Below, one piece after another: positions 9,843 to 21,166 of a stretch of 64,000 bases of DNA. The notes below the pieces were generated by a model. That model ran no database searches, was not told the DNA's origin, and saw nothing but the letters and a program-made list of their open reading frames with translations. This stretch comes from Sphingomonadales bacterium (GTDB taxonomy: Bacteria; Pseudomonadota; Alphaproteobacteria; Sphingomonadales; Sphingomonadaceae). The DNA lies in assembly GCA_014763545.1 (NCBI GenBank), contig JACXVD010000007.1:815-64814 (forward strand), given 5' to 3'. Every line of letters starts with the position of its first letter. Positions within the stretch are counted from its first letter, which is position 1. The position numbers and the translations under genes are program-made.

Positions 9843-11126
9843 ATGAGCTTCCCTTGGGCCAAGGAATATACGCCGCAGCACCCGCTGATGCGCTATCTCG
9901 ACGAAAAGCTGCCGGTGCCGCGTCTCGTCTACAATGCCGTCGGCGGCGGTTATCCGGTGCCGCGCAACCTTTCCTACATGTGGAATTTCGGTGTGCTCGC
10001 GGGCTTCTGCCTCGTGCTGCAGATCGTCACCGGCGTCATCCTGGCGATGCATTATTCGGCCGATTCGACGATCGCCTTCGCCAAGACCGAACACATCATG
10101 CGCGACGTCAACTGGGGCTGGCTGCTGCGCTATGCCCACGCCAACGGCGCGAGCTTCTTCTTCGTGGTGGTTTACCTCCACATCTTCCGCGGTTTCTTCT
10201 ACTCCTCGTACAAGGCCCCGCGTGAGATGATCTGGCTGCTCGGCGTGGTCATCTTCCTGCTGATGATGGCGACTGCCTTCATGGGCTACGTGCTGCCCTG
10301 GGGCCAGATGAGCTTCTGGGGTGCCAAGGTGATCACCGGCCTGTTCAGCGCGATCCCGCTGGTCGGCGAACCGCTGCAGATCTGGCTGCTCGGCGGCTAC
10401 GCGCCCGACGATGCGGCGCTCAACCGCTTCTTCTCGCTGCACTTCCTGCTGCCCTTCGTGATTGCGGCGGTGGTGATCCTGCACATCTGGGCGCTGCATA
10501 TCCCGGGTTCGTCGAACCCGACCGGCGTCGAGGTGAAGAGCGAAAGCGACACCGTGCCGTTCCACCCCTACTACACCGCCAAGGACGGTTACGGGCTGGG
10601 CGTGGCGCTGCTGATCTACTTCGCCTTCGTGTTCTTCCTGCCGAACTATCTCGGCCACCCGGACAATTACATCGAGGCGAACCCGCTCTCGACCCCGGCG
10701 CACATCGTCCCCGAATGGTATTTCTGGCCGTTCTACGCGATCCTGCGCAGCTTCACCGCCGACTTCCTGTCCATCCCGGCGAAGCTGATGGGCGTGCTGG
10801 CGATGTTCGCGGCGATCCTGGTGTGGTTCTTCCTGCCCTGGCTCGACAAGAGCCCGGTCCGCAGCGGCCACTACCGCCCGCTGTTCCGCAAGTTCTTCTG
10901 GTTCGGCCTGATCCCGACGATGGCGGTGCTGTTCTATTGCGGCGGCGCCCCGGCGGAGCAGCCCTATGTCATGATCGCCCAGCTCGCGACGGCTTATTAC
11001 TTCCTGCATTTCCTCGTGATCCTGCCGATCATCTCCTCGATCGAACGGCCGGAGCCGCTGCCCTACTCGATCACCGAGGCGGTGCTCGGCAAGGACGAGG
11101 CCGCGCAGCTGGAACCCGCCGAGTGA
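9843..11126 (+). CDS. petB: Cytochrome b
   Basis: Canonical cytochrome b sequence ([37 protein letters not shown]). Confidence 0.95.
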   Translation: MSFPWAKEYTPQHPLMRYLDEKLPVPRLVYNAVGGGYPVPRNLSYMWNFGVLAGFCLVLQIVTGVILAMHYSADSTIAFAKTEHIMRDVNWGWLLRYAHANGASFFFVVVYLHIFRGFFYSSYKAPREMIWLLGVVIFLLMMATAFMGYVLPWGQMSFWGAKVITGLFSAIPLVGEPLQIWLLGGYAPDDAALNRFFSLHFLLPFVIAAVVILHIWALHIPGSSNPTGVEVKSESDTVPFHPYYTAKDGYGLGVALLIYFAFVFFLPNYLGHPDNYIEANPLSTPAHIVPEWYFWPFYAILRSFTADFLSIPAKLMGVLAMFAAILVWFFLPWLDKSPVRSGHYRPLFRKFFWFGLIPTMAVLFYCGGAPAEQPYVMIAQLATAYYFLHFLVILPIISSIERPEPLPYSITEAVLGKDEAAQLEPAE

Positions 11127-11156
11127 CGGCGCAGGACTGACAGAAAGATACCAGCC

Positions 11157-12014
11157 ATGATCCGCATCATCGGAATTCTCGCCGGCCTGTTCTTCACCCT
11201 CGGGGTGCTCCTGGCCTTCTTCCAGGGGACCAGCGAGGTCATCACGAACGGCGAGTTCAAGCCCACCACGGCCGAAATGGTCTATCACAAGCACCCGAAG
11301 GAAGTGGAATTCAGCTTCGACGGGCCCTTCGGCAAGTATGACCGGGCACAGCTGCAGCGCGGCTTCCAGGTCTACAAGGAAGTCTGCTCGGCCTGCCACA
11401 GCCTGAAATTCGTCGCCTTCCGCGACCTGCAGCAGCTCGGTTATACCGAAGCGCAGGTGAAGGTGCTCGCGGCCGGCTTCCAGGTGCCGGGCGTCGACCC
11501 GAACACCGGCGAAGCGACCATGCGCCCCGGCCTGCCGACCGACCACTTCCCCTCGCCCTATCCGAACGAGATTGCGGCGCGTGCGGCGAACAACAACGCG
11601 GTCCCGCCGGATCTCTCGCTGATGACCAAGGCGCGCCACGAAGGTTCGGCCTATGTCTATTCGCTGCTGACCGGCTTCACCGAACAGCCGGCGGCGCTGG
11701 TCAAGCGCTTCCCCGAGGCGAAGACCCCGAACGGGCTGCACTACAACCCCTATTTCGCGAACCTCAACCTCGCGATGGCCCCGCCGCTCGGTGCCGACGG
11801 GCAGGTGACCTATGGTGAGGGCAACCCCGAACCGACCATCGACCAGATGGCGCAGGACGTGGCTGCCTTCCTGACCTGGACCGCCGAACCCAAGCTCGAA
11901 AAGCGGCGCCAGACCGGCTGGGCGGTGCTCGGTTTCCTGCTGTTCGCCACCATGCTGGCCTATATGGCCAAGCAGCAGGTGTGGGCCGACAAGAAGAAAA
12001 AGAAGGCCGCCTGA
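11157..12014 (+). CDS. petC: Cytochrome c1
   Basis: CSACHS haem-binding motif, C-terminal TM anchor, and position after petAB. Confidence 0.9.
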   Translation: MIRIIGILAGLFFTLGVLLAFFQGTSEVITNGEFKPTTAEMVYHKHPKEVEFSFDGPFGKYDRAQLQRGFQVYKEVCSACHSLKFVAFRDLQQLGYTEAQVKVLAAGFQVPGVDPNTGEATMRPGLPTDHFPSPYPNEIAARAANNNAVPPDLSLMTKARHEGSAYVYSLLTGFTEQPAALVKRFPEAKTPNGLHYNPYFANLNLAMAPPLGADGQVTYGEGNPEPTIDQMAQDVAAFLTWTAEPKLEKRRQTGWAVLGFLLFATMLAYMAKQQVWADKKKKKAA

Positions 12015-12038
12015 CGCGCCCTTCCATGGCAAAGCGAC

Positions 12039-12080
12039 AGCGCCCCTCCATCACCCGATGCGAGGGGCGCTTTCCATTTG
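12039..12080 (+). terminator. Possible intrinsic terminator after petC
   Basis: 10-bp stem agcgcccctc/gaggggcgct with a 13-nt loop, followed by ttccatttg. The T-tract is weak. Confidence 0.4.
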
Positions 12081-12141
12081 TGCCACATCTATCTGTGCCA
12101 CCACCATTTGCGCGACGCGCTCCAAGCGGGAAAGGGGACGC

Positions 12142-12708
12142 ATGACGATCAGCCAATCGAGCGAACCGACGATGAGCCCGGCAGAGCTGCGCGCGCTGGT
12201 GCGCACGGTGCCCGATTTTCCCAGCCCCGGCGTCCAGTTCCGCGACATCACCACACTGATATCGCACGGACAGGGGCTGGCGGCGACGGTCGAACATCTC
12301 GCCGAAGCTGCCCGGCTCGCCGGGGCGCAGGCCATCGCCGGGATGGAGGCGCGCGGCTTTATCTTCGGCACGGCGGTGGCGGTGCGGCTGGGTCTCGGCT
12401 TCCTGCCCGTGCGCAAGCCGGGCAAGCTGCCCGTCGCCACGCTGGGAGTCGACTACGCGCTCGAATACGGCAAGGACCGGCTGGAAATCGACCCGGGCGC
12501 CATCTTGCCGGGCCGGCGGGTGGTGATCGTCGACGATTTGATCGCGACTGGCGGCACCGCACTGGCGGCAGTCGATCTGCTGCGCCGCGCCGGAGCCGTG
12601 GTCGAACAGGCGCTGTTCGTGATCGACCTGCCCGATCTCGGCGGCGCAGCCCGCCTGCGCGATGCCGGGGTGGAGGTAACCACGCTGTTCCACTTCGACG
12701 GCGATTGA
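12142..12708 (+). CDS. apt: Adenine phosphoribosyltransferase
   Basis: PRPP-binding motif VVIVDDLIATGGT. The FPSPGVQFRDIT N-terminal region is typical of Apt. Confidence 0.9.
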   Translation: MTISQSSEPTMSPAELRALVRTVPDFPSPGVQFRDITTLISHGQGLAATVEHLAEAARLAGAQAIAGMEARGFIFGTAVAVRLGLGFLPVRKPGKLPVATLGVDYALEYGKDRLEIDPGAILPGRRVVIVDDLIATGGTALAAVDLLRRAGAVVEQALFVIDLPDLGGAARLRDAGVEVTTLFHFDGD

Positions 12709-12806
12709 CGCGCGCCGCCACCAGAAATTCTCCTCGCCTTGGAAATAACCCCGTCTTGGGGCATTCTGGGACGATGGGTAGCGAACGGGGCACAGGCTGA
12801 CAGGTG

Positions 12807-14651
12807 ATGGAGACGCAGGCGATCACCATCGCATTGGTCGGCATGCTCGGAATCGGGGCGCAATGGCTTGCCTGGCGCACCGGCTGGCCGGCCATCGTGC
12901 TGATGCTGGCCGCGGGCTTCCTTGCCGGCCCGGCCTTCCATCTGATCGACCCCGAGGCGGCCTTTGGCGACATGATCGAACCGATGGTGTCGATCGGCGT
13001 CGCGCTAATCCTGTTCGAAGGCGGGTTGAGCCTCGATCTGCGCGAACTGCGCCACGCAGGCGACGGCGTTGGGCGGCTGGTGTTGCTGGGCGTGCCGCTG
13101 GGTTGGCTGTTCGGCTCGCTCGCGGCCTACTACGTCGCGGGGCTGGTCTGGCCGGTCGCGGTGCTGTTCGGCGGCATATTGGTTGTCACCGGGCCGACCG
13201 TGGTGATGCCGCTGCTGCGCCAGTCCGCCGTGCTCCAGCGTCCGGCGACGATCCTCAAATGGGAAGCGATCGTCAACGATCCGCTCGGCGCGCTGTGCGC
13301 GGTGATCGCCTATGAATATTACCGCCTGCGGGCCGATGGCGCGACCATGATCGAGGTCGTGCCGCCGATGATCATCGCCGCCGTGCTGGCAGGCCTGATC
13401 GGCTATGGCGCCGCGCGGCTGATCGCCTGGTCGTTCCCGCGCGGGGCGGTGCCCGAATTCCTCAAGGTGCCGGTGCTGCTGACCGCGGTGATCGGTGTCT
13501 TCGTCTTCGCCAACCGGATCGAGCATGAGGCGGGGCTGGTCGCGGTCACGGTGATGGGAATCGCGCTCGCCAATATGAACGTCACCAGCCTGCGCAGCAT
13601 CCACCCGTTCAAGCAGAATGTCGCGGTGCTGCTGATCTCGGGCATTTTCATCATGCTGTCCGCCTCGCTCGACGTGGCGCAGCTGAGCTATTTCGAATGG
13701 CGCTTCGGCCTGTTCCTGCTGGCCCTGCTGTTCCTCGTGCGCCCGGCGACGATCCTGCTCAGCCTTGCCTTCAGCACCGTGCCCTGGCGCGAGCGGCTGC
13801 TGCTGGCGTGGATCGCCCCGCGCGGGATCGTGCTGGTCGCAATTTCCGGCCTGTTCGCGCTGCGCCTGACCGAGCTGGGCTATGGCGACGGCAATATCCT
13901 GATCGGGTTGAGCTTTGCCGTGGTGGTCGCCACCATCGTCGCGCATGGGTTCACCATCGACCTGGTCGCGCGCTGGCTGGGGGTGAAGGGGAGCTCGCGC
14001 CCGGGGCTGCTGATCGTCGGCAGCAACGACTGGACCATCGCGCTCGCCCGCCAGATGGCCGCGCTGAAGACACCGGTGGTGGTGGTCGATGCCAGCTGGC
14101 AGCGCCTCTCGCCCGCTCGGCGCGAGGGCATCCCGTTCTACCACGGCGAGATCCTCGACGAGGCGACCGAACATAATCTCGACCTCTCGCCGTTCCAGGT
14201 GCTGGTCGCTGCAACCGAGAACGAAGCCTACAACGCGCTCGTCTGCAACGAGTTCGCGCACGAGATCGGGCGCGATTCGGTCTACCAGCTGGGCGACGAA
14301 CACGATCGCCACGCCCTGCCGCCATCGCTGCGCGGGCGGGCGCTGTTCCGGTCGGGCCTTGGCGTCGAGGATGTCCAGCAGAAGCTGCGCCACGGATGGA
14401 GTTTCCGCCGCACGCGCCTGTCCGACGAATTCTCATTCGAGGATGCGCAGCAGGCGCTCGGCGAGGACAGCCAGATGCTGCTGGTCCTGCGCAAGGGCGG
14501 GGCGATGCATTTCTTCACCCACGCCGCCGCCCCCCAGCCGCAGGCCGGCGACACGATCGTCTCCTTCTCCCCGCCGCAGGAAGAACTCGCGCGGCGCGAC
14601 GCTGGCAAGCCTGCGGCCAGCCCGCGCAAGACCAGGGAACAGGCCGCATGA
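12807..14651 (+). CDS. Cation:proton antiporter (CPA1/Na+-H+ exchanger family) with a C-terminal cytoplasmic regulatory domain
   Basis: About 12 TM helices followed by a soluble domain of about 200 aa. Overall similarity to the sodium:proton exchanger family. Confidence 0.85.
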   Translation: METQAITIALVGMLGIGAQWLAWRTGWPAIVLMLAAGFLAGPAFHLIDPEAAFGDMIEPMVSIGVALILFEGGLSLDLRELRHAGDGVGRLVLLGVPLGWLFGSLAAYYVAGLVWPVAVLFGGILVVTGPTVVMPLLRQSAVLQRPATILKWEAIVNDPLGALCAVIAYEYYRLRADGATMIEVVPPMIIAAVLAGLIGYGAARLIAWSFPRGAVPEFLKVPVLLTAVIGVFVFANRIEHEAGLVAVTVMGIALANMNVTSLRSIHPFKQNVAVLLISGIFIMLSASLDVAQLSYFEWRFGLFLLALLFLVRPATILLSLAFSTVPWRERLLLAWIAPRGIVLVAISGLFALRLTELGYGDGNILIGLSFAVVVATIVAHGFTIDLVARWLGVKGSSRPGLLIVGSNDWTIALARQMAALKTPVVVVDASWQRLSPARREGIPFYHGEILDEATEHNLDLSPFQVLVAATENEAYNALVCNEFAHEIGRDSVYQLGDEHDRHALPPSLRGRALFRSGLGVEDVQQKLRHGWSFRRTRLSDEFSFEDAQQALGEDSQMLLVLRKGGAMHFFTHAAAPQPQAGDTIVSFSPPQEELARRDAGKPAASPRKTREQAA

Positions 14652-15271
14652 CCCTCCGCCCCGCCCTTCCGCCCCTGACCCTGCTGTGTGCTGCGGGATC
14701 GCTGATGCTCGCGGCCTGCGATGCCGCGCCGGGCGAGAGGGCGCCCGAGGATACCGCGTCTCGCGCCCCGGACGACCAGCAGACGGCGTCGATCATCCGC
14801 CCCGATGTCGCGGTCAAGCAGGCGCCCGCGCCGCTCGCGCCGCTGGAACTGACGATTTCCTTCGCCGACAATGGCACCAGCCTCGACGATGCCGGTCGGC
14901 AGGCGCTCGACGGGCTGCTCGCCTCGCCCCAATATGCCGTAGGCGGTGCGATTACCCTGCGCGGCCATACCGATTCGGTGGGGCACGATGCGGTCAATTT
15001 GCGCATTTCTCGCCAACGAGCCGAGGCGGTGGGCGATTACCTGGTCGGCAAAGGTGTGGCCGCCGATCGCCTGACGATCGTGGCGCTGGGCGAAATGCGA
15101 CCGGTGGCCAACAACGCCACGCTCGATGGACAGCCCGACGAAGCAGGCCGGGCGGCCAACCGCCGGGTCGACATCACTATCGCCGTTCCCGAAGGCACAC
15201 CGCAATCGGCCCCCGCGAGCGGCGCGGAACAGCCGACGCTGGTCGAACAGGCGATCACCGGCGGCGAATAG
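14648..15271 (+). CDS. OmpA-family lipoprotein
   Basis: Lipobox LAAC. OmpA_C-like core (LRGHTDSVG...NLRISRQRAEAV...NRRVDI). ATGA overlap with the antiporter stop. Confidence 0.8.
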   Translation: MTLRPALPPLTLLCAAGSLMLAACDAAPGERAPEDTASRAPDDQQTASIIRPDVAVKQAPAPLAPLELTISFADNGTSLDDAGRQALDGLLASPQYAVGGAITLRGHTDSVGHDAVNLRISRQRAEAVGDYLVGKGVAADRLTIVALGEMRPVANNATLDGQPDEAGRAANRRVDITIAVPEGTPQSAPASGAEQPTLVEQAITGGE

Positions 15272-15376
15272 TCGCCGTGGCGCCCACCGGACCAGCCACC
15301 TGCGCGCTTGACGAAACCGGGGGCTGCGTGGCAATCGCGCTGCGTCCGACGGACCGGCCATGACGGCCACGCGCGG

Positions 15377-15450
<74 letters not shown>

Positions 15451-15524
15451 CGCCTTTCCAGCACCGCAAGACCATGCCGGGTTGGAGCGCGCCCGGGGCT
15501 GGGCGGGAATGCGAGGACAGCTTG

Positions 15525-17003
15525 ATGGCCGAAACACCGATGTTCCGCTTCGACAACAGCTTCGCGCGCGAGATGGAGGGTTTTTACACTCCGTGGCAGG
15601 GCGAGGCCGTGCCCGACCCGCAGATCGTGCGACTGAACGGGGCGCTGGCCGAGGAGCTTGGCCTCGATCCGGCGCGGCTCGATACGGCGGAAGGCGCGGC
15701 GGCGCTGGCCGGGGCGCATAGCCCCGCGGGCGCGGATCCGCTCGCCATGGTCTATGCCGGGCACCAGTTCGGCGGTTTCTCCCCGCAATTGGGCGATGGT
15801 CGCGCGCTGCTGGTGGGCGAGATTGTCGATGTCCACGGCGCGCGCCGCGACCTGCATCTCAAGGGATCGGGCCGCACCCCCTATTCGCGGCAGGGTGACG
15901 GCAAGGCGGTGCTCGGCCCGGTGCTGCGCGAATATCTGTTCGGCGAAGCGATGCATGCGCTCGGCATTCCGACGACCCGCGCGCTGGCTGCGGTGACCAC
16001 TGGAGAAACCATCCGGCGCGATGGGCCGCAACCGGGGGCCGTGCTTGCGCGGGTGGCCGCCTCGCACCTGCGGGTGGGCACGTTCCAGTTTTTCGCCGCG
16101 CGGCGTGAAACCGACAAGCTGCGGCAGCTCGCCGACTATGCGATTGCGCGCCACTATCCCGAGCTTGCGGGACAGGACGATCGCCATCTCGCGCTGCTCC
16201 GCCGTGTGCGCGATGCGCAGGCCGCACTGGTGGCGCGCTGGATGCTGGTCGGTTTCGTCCATGGGGTGATGAACACCGACAATGTGACTATTTCCGGCGA
16301 AACGATCGACTACGGACCCTGTGCCTTCATCGACAATTACGATCAACGGGCGGTGTTCAGTTCGATCGACGACCAGGGGCGCTACGCCTATGGCAACCAG
16401 CCGGGAATCGCGCTGTGGAACATGGCGCGCTTCGCCGAAACGCTGATCCCGCTGGTCAATCCCGACGATGCCGACGCGGCGATTGCGGTGCTGAGCACCG
16501 AGCTCGACGGGTTTGGCGAAACCTACCTGCGCCACTGGAACGCCGGTATGCGCGCGAAGCTGGGGCTGGCGGCGGAGCTGCCCGGTGATGCGGAACTCGC
16601 TGCCGATCTGCTGGCTGCGGCCGCGGGGCAGCAGGTGGATTACACCCGCCTGTTCCGTGCGCTCGCCGATCTGGTCCGCGGCGATGCAACACCCGCGCGG
16701 GCGCTGTTCACCGATCCGGCCGGGTTCGACCGCTGGACCGGCGCCTATCTCGCGCGGCTGGCACAGGAAGGCAGTGATCCGGCGGAACGGGCAGCGGCGA
16801 TGGATGCGGTCAATCCGCTGTATATTCCGCGCAACCATTTGGTCGAGGAGGCACTGGCGGCGGCGCGCGACGGCGATCTGGCGCCGTTCGACCGCCTGCT
16901 GGCCGTGTTGTCCGCCCCTTTCACCGCGCAGGACGGGGCCGAGCGCTACGCCCACGGCGCGCCTGAGGGTTCAGCGAGGCATGTGACCTTCTGCGGCACG
17001 TGA
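15525..17003 (+). CDS. selO: Protein adenylyltransferase SelO (YdiU family)
   Basis: FRFDNSFAREM ... YAGHQFG ... LGDGRA ... GVMNTDN motifs characteristic of the SelO pseudokinase family. Confidence 0.9.
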   Translation: MAETPMFRFDNSFAREMEGFYTPWQGEAVPDPQIVRLNGALAEELGLDPARLDTAEGAAALAGAHSPAGADPLAMVYAGHQFGGFSPQLGDGRALLVGEIVDVHGARRDLHLKGSGRTPYSRQGDGKAVLGPVLREYLFGEAMHALGIPTTRALAAVTTGETIRRDGPQPGAVLARVAASHLRVGTFQFFAARRETDKLRQLADYAIARHYPELAGQDDRHLALLRRVRDAQAALVARWMLVGFVHGVMNTDNVTISGETIDYGPCAFIDNYDQRAVFSSIDDQGRYAYGNQPGIALWNMARFAETLIPLVNPDDADAAIAVLSTELDGFGETYLRHWNAGMRAKLGLAAELPGDAELAADLLAAAAGQQVDYTRLFRALADLVRGDATPARALFTDPAGFDRWTGAYLARLAQEGSDPAERAAAMDAVNPLYIPRNHLVEEALAAARDGDLAPFDRLLAVLSAPFTAQDGAERYAHGAPEGSARHVTFCGT

Positions 17004-17084
17004 TGCGCCGGGCTGGGCCCGGGATGCTCCGCGGCGGCACCCCGGTCCTTGCGCAAACCCACCCCTGCCACCCATCTTGCATCC

Positions 17085-17687
17085 ATGGCAGACCAAGTTG
17101 ACGATTTGCGCCGCGCGGTGGCCGCGTGCCGCCTGTGCGCGGCGCATCTGCCCAATCCGCCGCGCCCGCTGGCGGCCTTTTCGTCGCGGGCGCGCATCGT
17201 CATCACCAGCCAGGCGCCCGGGCGGCTGTCGCATGAAAGCGGCGTTCCGTGGGATGATCCCAGCGGTAGGCGGCTGCGCGACTGGCTGGGGATCGACGAG
17301 GGCGACTTCTACGATCCGCAGAAGGTCGCCTTGCTACCGATGGGCTTCTGCTATCCCGGCACCGGCAGTTCGGGCGACAATCCGCCACGCCGCGAATGTG
17401 CGCCGCAGTGGCATGGCCGGATCGAGGAAATACTGCCGCGCGAGCGACTCACCCTGCTGGTCGGCACCTATGCGCACAAATCCGGCCTGCCGCGGGAACT
17501 GGGCACCACGCTGGAGCCGCGCATCCGCAATGCGCTGGCCGTGCCGGACGGGCCGATTGCTTTGCCGCATCCCTCGTGGCGGGTCGTCGGCTGGATGAAG
17601 CGCAATCCTTGGTTCGCGGATGACGTGCTGCCGGTGGTGCGAGAACGCGTGGCGCACGCCCTGGCTGCCGCCGGGTCGGAGCACTGA
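17085..17687 (+). CDS. Uracil-DNA glycosylase superfamily protein (housekeeping-type)
   Basis: Motif 1 ITSQAPG and motif 2 LPHPSWRV. GC is host-like. Confidence 0.8.
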   Translation: MADQVDDLRRAVAACRLCAAHLPNPPRPLAAFSSRARIVITSQAPGRLSHESGVPWDDPSGRRLRDWLGIDEGDFYDPQKVALLPMGFCYPGTGSSGDNPPRRECAPQWHGRIEEILPRERLTLLVGTYAHKSGLPRELGTTLEPRIRNALAVPDGPIALPHPSWRVVGWMKRNPWFADDVLPVVRERVAHALAAAGSEH

Positions 17688-17703
17688 CACGGCAATCCGC
17701 GAT

Positions 17704-18558
17704 CTAACCCACCGCCATATTGTCGATCAGCCGCGTCCCGCCGATCCGCGCGGCGACGAGCAGGCGCGCAGGGCTGTCGCCAAGCCGATCGAGCGATGCC
17801 AGGCTCGCCGCATCGGCCAGCGCGGCATAGTCGACCGAATCGAAACCGCCCGCCAGCAGCGCAGCCTCCAGCGCCTCGGTCGCATCGGCGGCGTCCTCGC
17901 CTGCCTCCAACTCAGCGACTGCCTTGCGCATGGCGCTGGGCAGGACCGTCGCCTGTCGCCTCTGGGTGGGCGAGAGGTAGCGGTTGCGGCTCGACATCGC
18001 GAGCCCATCCGCCTCGCGCACGGTCGGCACGCCCACGATCGCTCCGGCAGCGGGCGCGACCAGGTCGAGATCGCGCGCCATGCGGCGAATCACCGCCAGT
18101 TGCTGCCAGTCCTTCTCGCCGAAACAGGCGATATCGGGGCGGACCTGGTTGAACAGCTTGCACACCACCGTCGCCACCCCGTCGAAATGGCCGGGGCGCG
18201 AGGCGCCGCAAAAACCCTCGCTCACCCCGGCGACACTGATCGAGCTGGCAAAGCCTGCCGGATACATCGCCTCGACTGTCGGGGCCCACAGCAGGGCGAC
18301 ACCTTCTGCCTCGAGCAGCGCGGAATCCTCGGCCAGCTGGCGGGGATAGGCCGCAAGGTCCTCGTTGGGGCCGAATTGTGTCGGGTTGACGAAGATCGAC
18401 ACGGCGACGTGGTCCGTACGCTGCTTCGCTTCGCGGACCAGCGTCAGATGGCCCTCGTGCAGGGCGCCCATGGTGGGCACCAGCGCGAGCGTGGAACCGT
18501 CGGTGCGCAGCGCCTCGACGGCATTTCTCAACATGTCCAGCCGAGTGACCGTTTGCAC
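17704..18558 (-). CDS. panC: Pantoate--beta-alanine ligase
   Basis: PTMGALHEGHLTLV (HIGH-like) motif with full-length similarity to PanC. Confidence 0.95.
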   Translation of the reverse strand: MQTVTRLDMLRNAVEALRTDGSTLALVPTMGALHEGHLTLVREAKQRTDHVAVSIFVNPTQFGPNEDLAAYPRQLAEDSALLEAEGVALLWAPTVEAMYPAGFASSISVAGVSEGFCGASRPGHFDGVATVVCKLFNQVRPDIACFGEKDWQQLAVIRRMARDLDLVAPAAGAIVGVPTVREADGLAMSSRNRYLSPTQRRQATVLPSAMRKAVAELEAGEDAADATEALEAALLAGGFDSVDYAALADAASLASLDRLGDSPARLLVAARIGGTRLIDNMAVG

Positions 18559-18641
18559 CCCGATTTGCCCTCCGATATGAACTGCCTACCGGCCTCCTAG
18601 CGCGAGGTCGGTCGCCAAGACAACGCCCGGAAAGGAACCCA

Positions 18642-19454
18642 GTGAGCGACCAGCGCCCGCATCGCATCGTCTTCGCCAATGAAAAGGGCGGCACGGGCAA
18701 ATCGACCACCGCGGTGCATATCGCGGTGGCGCTCGCCTATCGCGGCGCGAAAGTGGCCGCGATCGACCTCGATCCGCGCCAGCGCACGCTGTTCCGCTAT
18801 TTCGAAAACCGGGTGGAAACGGAAAAGCGCCGCGACATCCAGCTGCCCGGCGCGCAGGTCGCCGTGCTCGACAGCCAGGACACCGCCGAGCTGGAAACAC
18901 TCGTCGCAGAAATCGGCCAGGGCTGCGATTTCCTGGTGTTCGACACGCCCGGGCGCGACGATCCCCTGGCCCGCCATGCCGCGACCGAGGCCGATACGCT
19001 GGTCACGCCGATGAACGACAGCTTCGTCGATTTCGACCTGATCGGACAGGTGGAGGGCGAAAGCTTCAAGGTCCGCAAGCTGTCTTTCTACGCCGAACTG
19101 ATCTGGGAAGCGAAGATGAAGCGCAGTCGCTCGCAGATCGAACAGCAGCGGCGCGAGATGGACTGGGTGGTGGTGCGCAACCGCACCGGCCATGTCGAGG
19201 CGCGCAACCAGGCCCGCATCGAGGCGGCGTTGAAGGAATTGAGCAAGCGGGTCGGCTTCCGCGTGACGCAGGGCCTGTCCGAACGCGTGATCTACCGCGA
19301 ATTGTTCCCCTCCGGCCTGACCCTGCTCGACAAGGGGCACCTCGGCGATCTGGGCACCAGCCATCTCGTTGCCCGCCAGGAACTGCGCGAATTGCTGCTG
19401 GCGCTCAACCTGCCCGTCCCCGCATCGCGGGAACCCTTGCTGGCGCTGGCCTGA
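18642..19454 (+). CDS. mipZ: Division-plane positioning ATPase MipZ (ParA/MinD superfamily)
   Basis: Deviant Walker A NEKGGTGKST with MipZ-like sequence throughout. Divergent from panC, as in other alphaproteobacteria. Confidence 0.85.
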   Translation: MSDQRPHRIVFANEKGGTGKSTTAVHIAVALAYRGAKVAAIDLDPRQRTLFRYFENRVETEKRRDIQLPGAQVAVLDSQDTAELETLVAEIGQGCDFLVFDTPGRDDPLARHAATEADTLVTPMNDSFVDFDLIGQVEGESFKVRKLSFYAELIWEAKMKRSRSQIEQQRREMDWVVVRNRTGHVEARNQARIEAALKELSKRVGFRVTQGLSERVIYRELFPSGLTLLDKGHLGDLGTSHLVARQELRELLLALNLPVPASREPLLALA

Positions 19455-19457
19455 GCC

Positions 19458-19754
19458 ATGGTCCGGCTGCTTGTCATCGCCGCGGTGATCTGCGTCATGT
19501 CCAAGATGGCGCTGGGGCGCTGGCCGTGGGAATTTCTCGCCCCGAAGCCGACCCGGGCGCAGGCGGTGTTCCGCGCGCGCAAGCTGCTCGGCGTGGGGAG
19601 CGAGGCCAGTCATTCTGACATATTGGTCGCGCACAAGCGGCTCATCGCCACGGTCCACCCGGATCGCGGCGGCACCAACGAGCAGGTGCACGAGGCCAAT
19701 GCCGCGCGCGACCTGTTGCTCGACGAACTACCCTACCAGTCCGGGGATCACTGA
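19458..19754 (+). CDS. Small membrane-anchored J-domain protein
   Basis: N-terminal TM helix ([10 protein letters not shown]) and a J-domain with the HPD motif (TVHPDRGG). Confidence 0.7.
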   Translation: MVRLLVIAAVICVMSKMALGRWPWEFLAPKPTRAQAVFRARKLLGVGSEASHSDILVAHKRLIATVHPDRGGTNEQVHEANAARDLLLDELPYQSGDH

Positions 19755-21166
19755 TGACTCACATTTTCCACCCTACCGTGCTGCGCGAATACGATATTCG
19801 CGGCATCATCGGCGAAACCCTTGGCCCCGACGATGCGCGCGCGATCGGTCGCGGCTTTGCCACGCTGCTGCGCCGTGCAGGCGGCAGCAAGGTGGCGGTG
19901 GGCTATGACGGGCGGGTCAGCTCGCCGATGCTCGAACATGCGCTGGTCGAAGGGCTGACCGCCAGCGGCTGCGATGTCGTGCGCGTCGGCCTCGGCCCGA
20001 CCCCGATGCTCTATTATGCCGAGGCGTCAGCCGAAGATGTGGACGGCGGCATCCAGATAACCGGCAGCCATAATCCCCCCAATTACAATGGCTTCAAGAT
20101 GGTATTCCAGGGGCGTCCGTTCTTCGGGGCGGATATCCAGCGCATCGGGGAACTGGCCGCCGCAGGCGATTGGGATAATGGCACCGGCGCCGTCGAGGAA
20201 CGCGACATCATCGATGCCTATGTCGAGCGGATGCTCGCCGGGCTCGACGGGATCGACGGGATCGACACCGCTGCGCTCGGGGGAATTCGCGTCGGTTGGG
20301 ATGCCGGGAACGGCGCTGCCGGCCCTGCGCTCGAACGGCTCGCCGCACGGCTGCCGGGCGAACACTTCTTGCTCTATACCGATGTCGACGGCCATTTTCC
20401 CAATCATCACCCCGATCCCACGGTCGAGGAAAACCTGGTCGACCTGCGCGCACTGGTCGCGGAAAAGCAGCTCGATTTCGGAGTGGCTTTCGATGGCGAT
20501 GGCGACCGGATCGGCGCGATCGACGGCGAAGGGCGGGTGGTCTGGGGTGACCAGCTGCTGATGATCTATGCCGAGGATCTGCTCAAGATCCTGCCCGGCT
20601 CCACGATTATCGCGGATGTGAAGGCCAGCCGCGCGTTGTTCGATCATGTCGCGGCGCATGGCGGCAAGCCGATGATGTGGAAGACCGGGCACAGCCTGAT
20701 CAAATCCAAAATGAAGGAAGTTTCCTCGCCTCTGGCGGGCGAGATGAGCGGCCATGTCTTTTTCAAGCACGATTATTACGGGTTTGACGACGCGCTCTAC
20801 GCCGGGGTTCGGCTGATCGCGGCGATGGCGCGGCTGGGCCGGTCGGTCACCGAATTGCGCGGCGCCATGCCCGCCATGGTCAACACGCCCGAATTGCGTT
20901 TCCAGGTCGATGAGAGCCGCAAATTCGCGGTGGTCGACGAAGTGCTCGCCCGGCTTGCCGCGTCCGGTGCCGAGGTTGACGGGACCGACGGCGCGCGCGT
21001 GTCCACGCCCGATGGCTGGTGGCTGCTGCGCGCGTCGAACACGCAGGATGTGCTGGTCGCCCGCGCCGAAAGCGACAGCGAGGCAGGGCTGGCGACCTTG
21101 CTGGCGCAGATCGACGAACAGCTGGCCGCCAGCGGGATCGAGCGCGGGGAAAGCGTCGCGCATTGA
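19754..21166 (+). CDS. Phosphomannomutase/phosphoglucomutase
   Basis: Active-site TGSHNP motif, the FDGDGDR metal loop and the GEMSGH sugar-binding loop. Confidence 0.9.
   Translation: MTHIFHPTVLREYDIRGIIGETLGPDDARAIGRGFATLLRRAGGSKVAVGYDGRVSSPMLEHALVEGLTASGCDVVRVGLGPTPMLYYAEASAEDVDGGIQITGSHNPPNYNGFKMVFQGRPFFGADIQRIGELAAAGDWDNGTGAVEERDIIDAYVERMLAGLDGIDGIDTAALGGIRVGWDAGNGAAGPALERLAARLPGEHFLLYTDVDGHFPNHHPDPTVEENLVDLRALVAEKQLDFGVAFDGDGDRIGAIDGEGRVVWGDQLLMIYAEDLLKILPGSTIIADVKASRALFDHVAAHGGKPMMWKTGHSLIKSKMKEVSSPLAGEMSGHVFFKHDYYGFDDALYAGVRLIAAMARLGRSVTELRGAMPAMVNTPELRFQVDESRKFAVVDEVLARLAASGAEVDGTDGARVSTPDGWWLLRASNTQDVLVARAESDSEAGLATLLAQIDEQLAASGIERGESVAH

Noticed and set aside
12079-12110. Short repeated tgtgccac motif upstream of apt.
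   Set aside because: There are two 8-nt copies only. They overlap the putative petC terminator tail and have no further structure.
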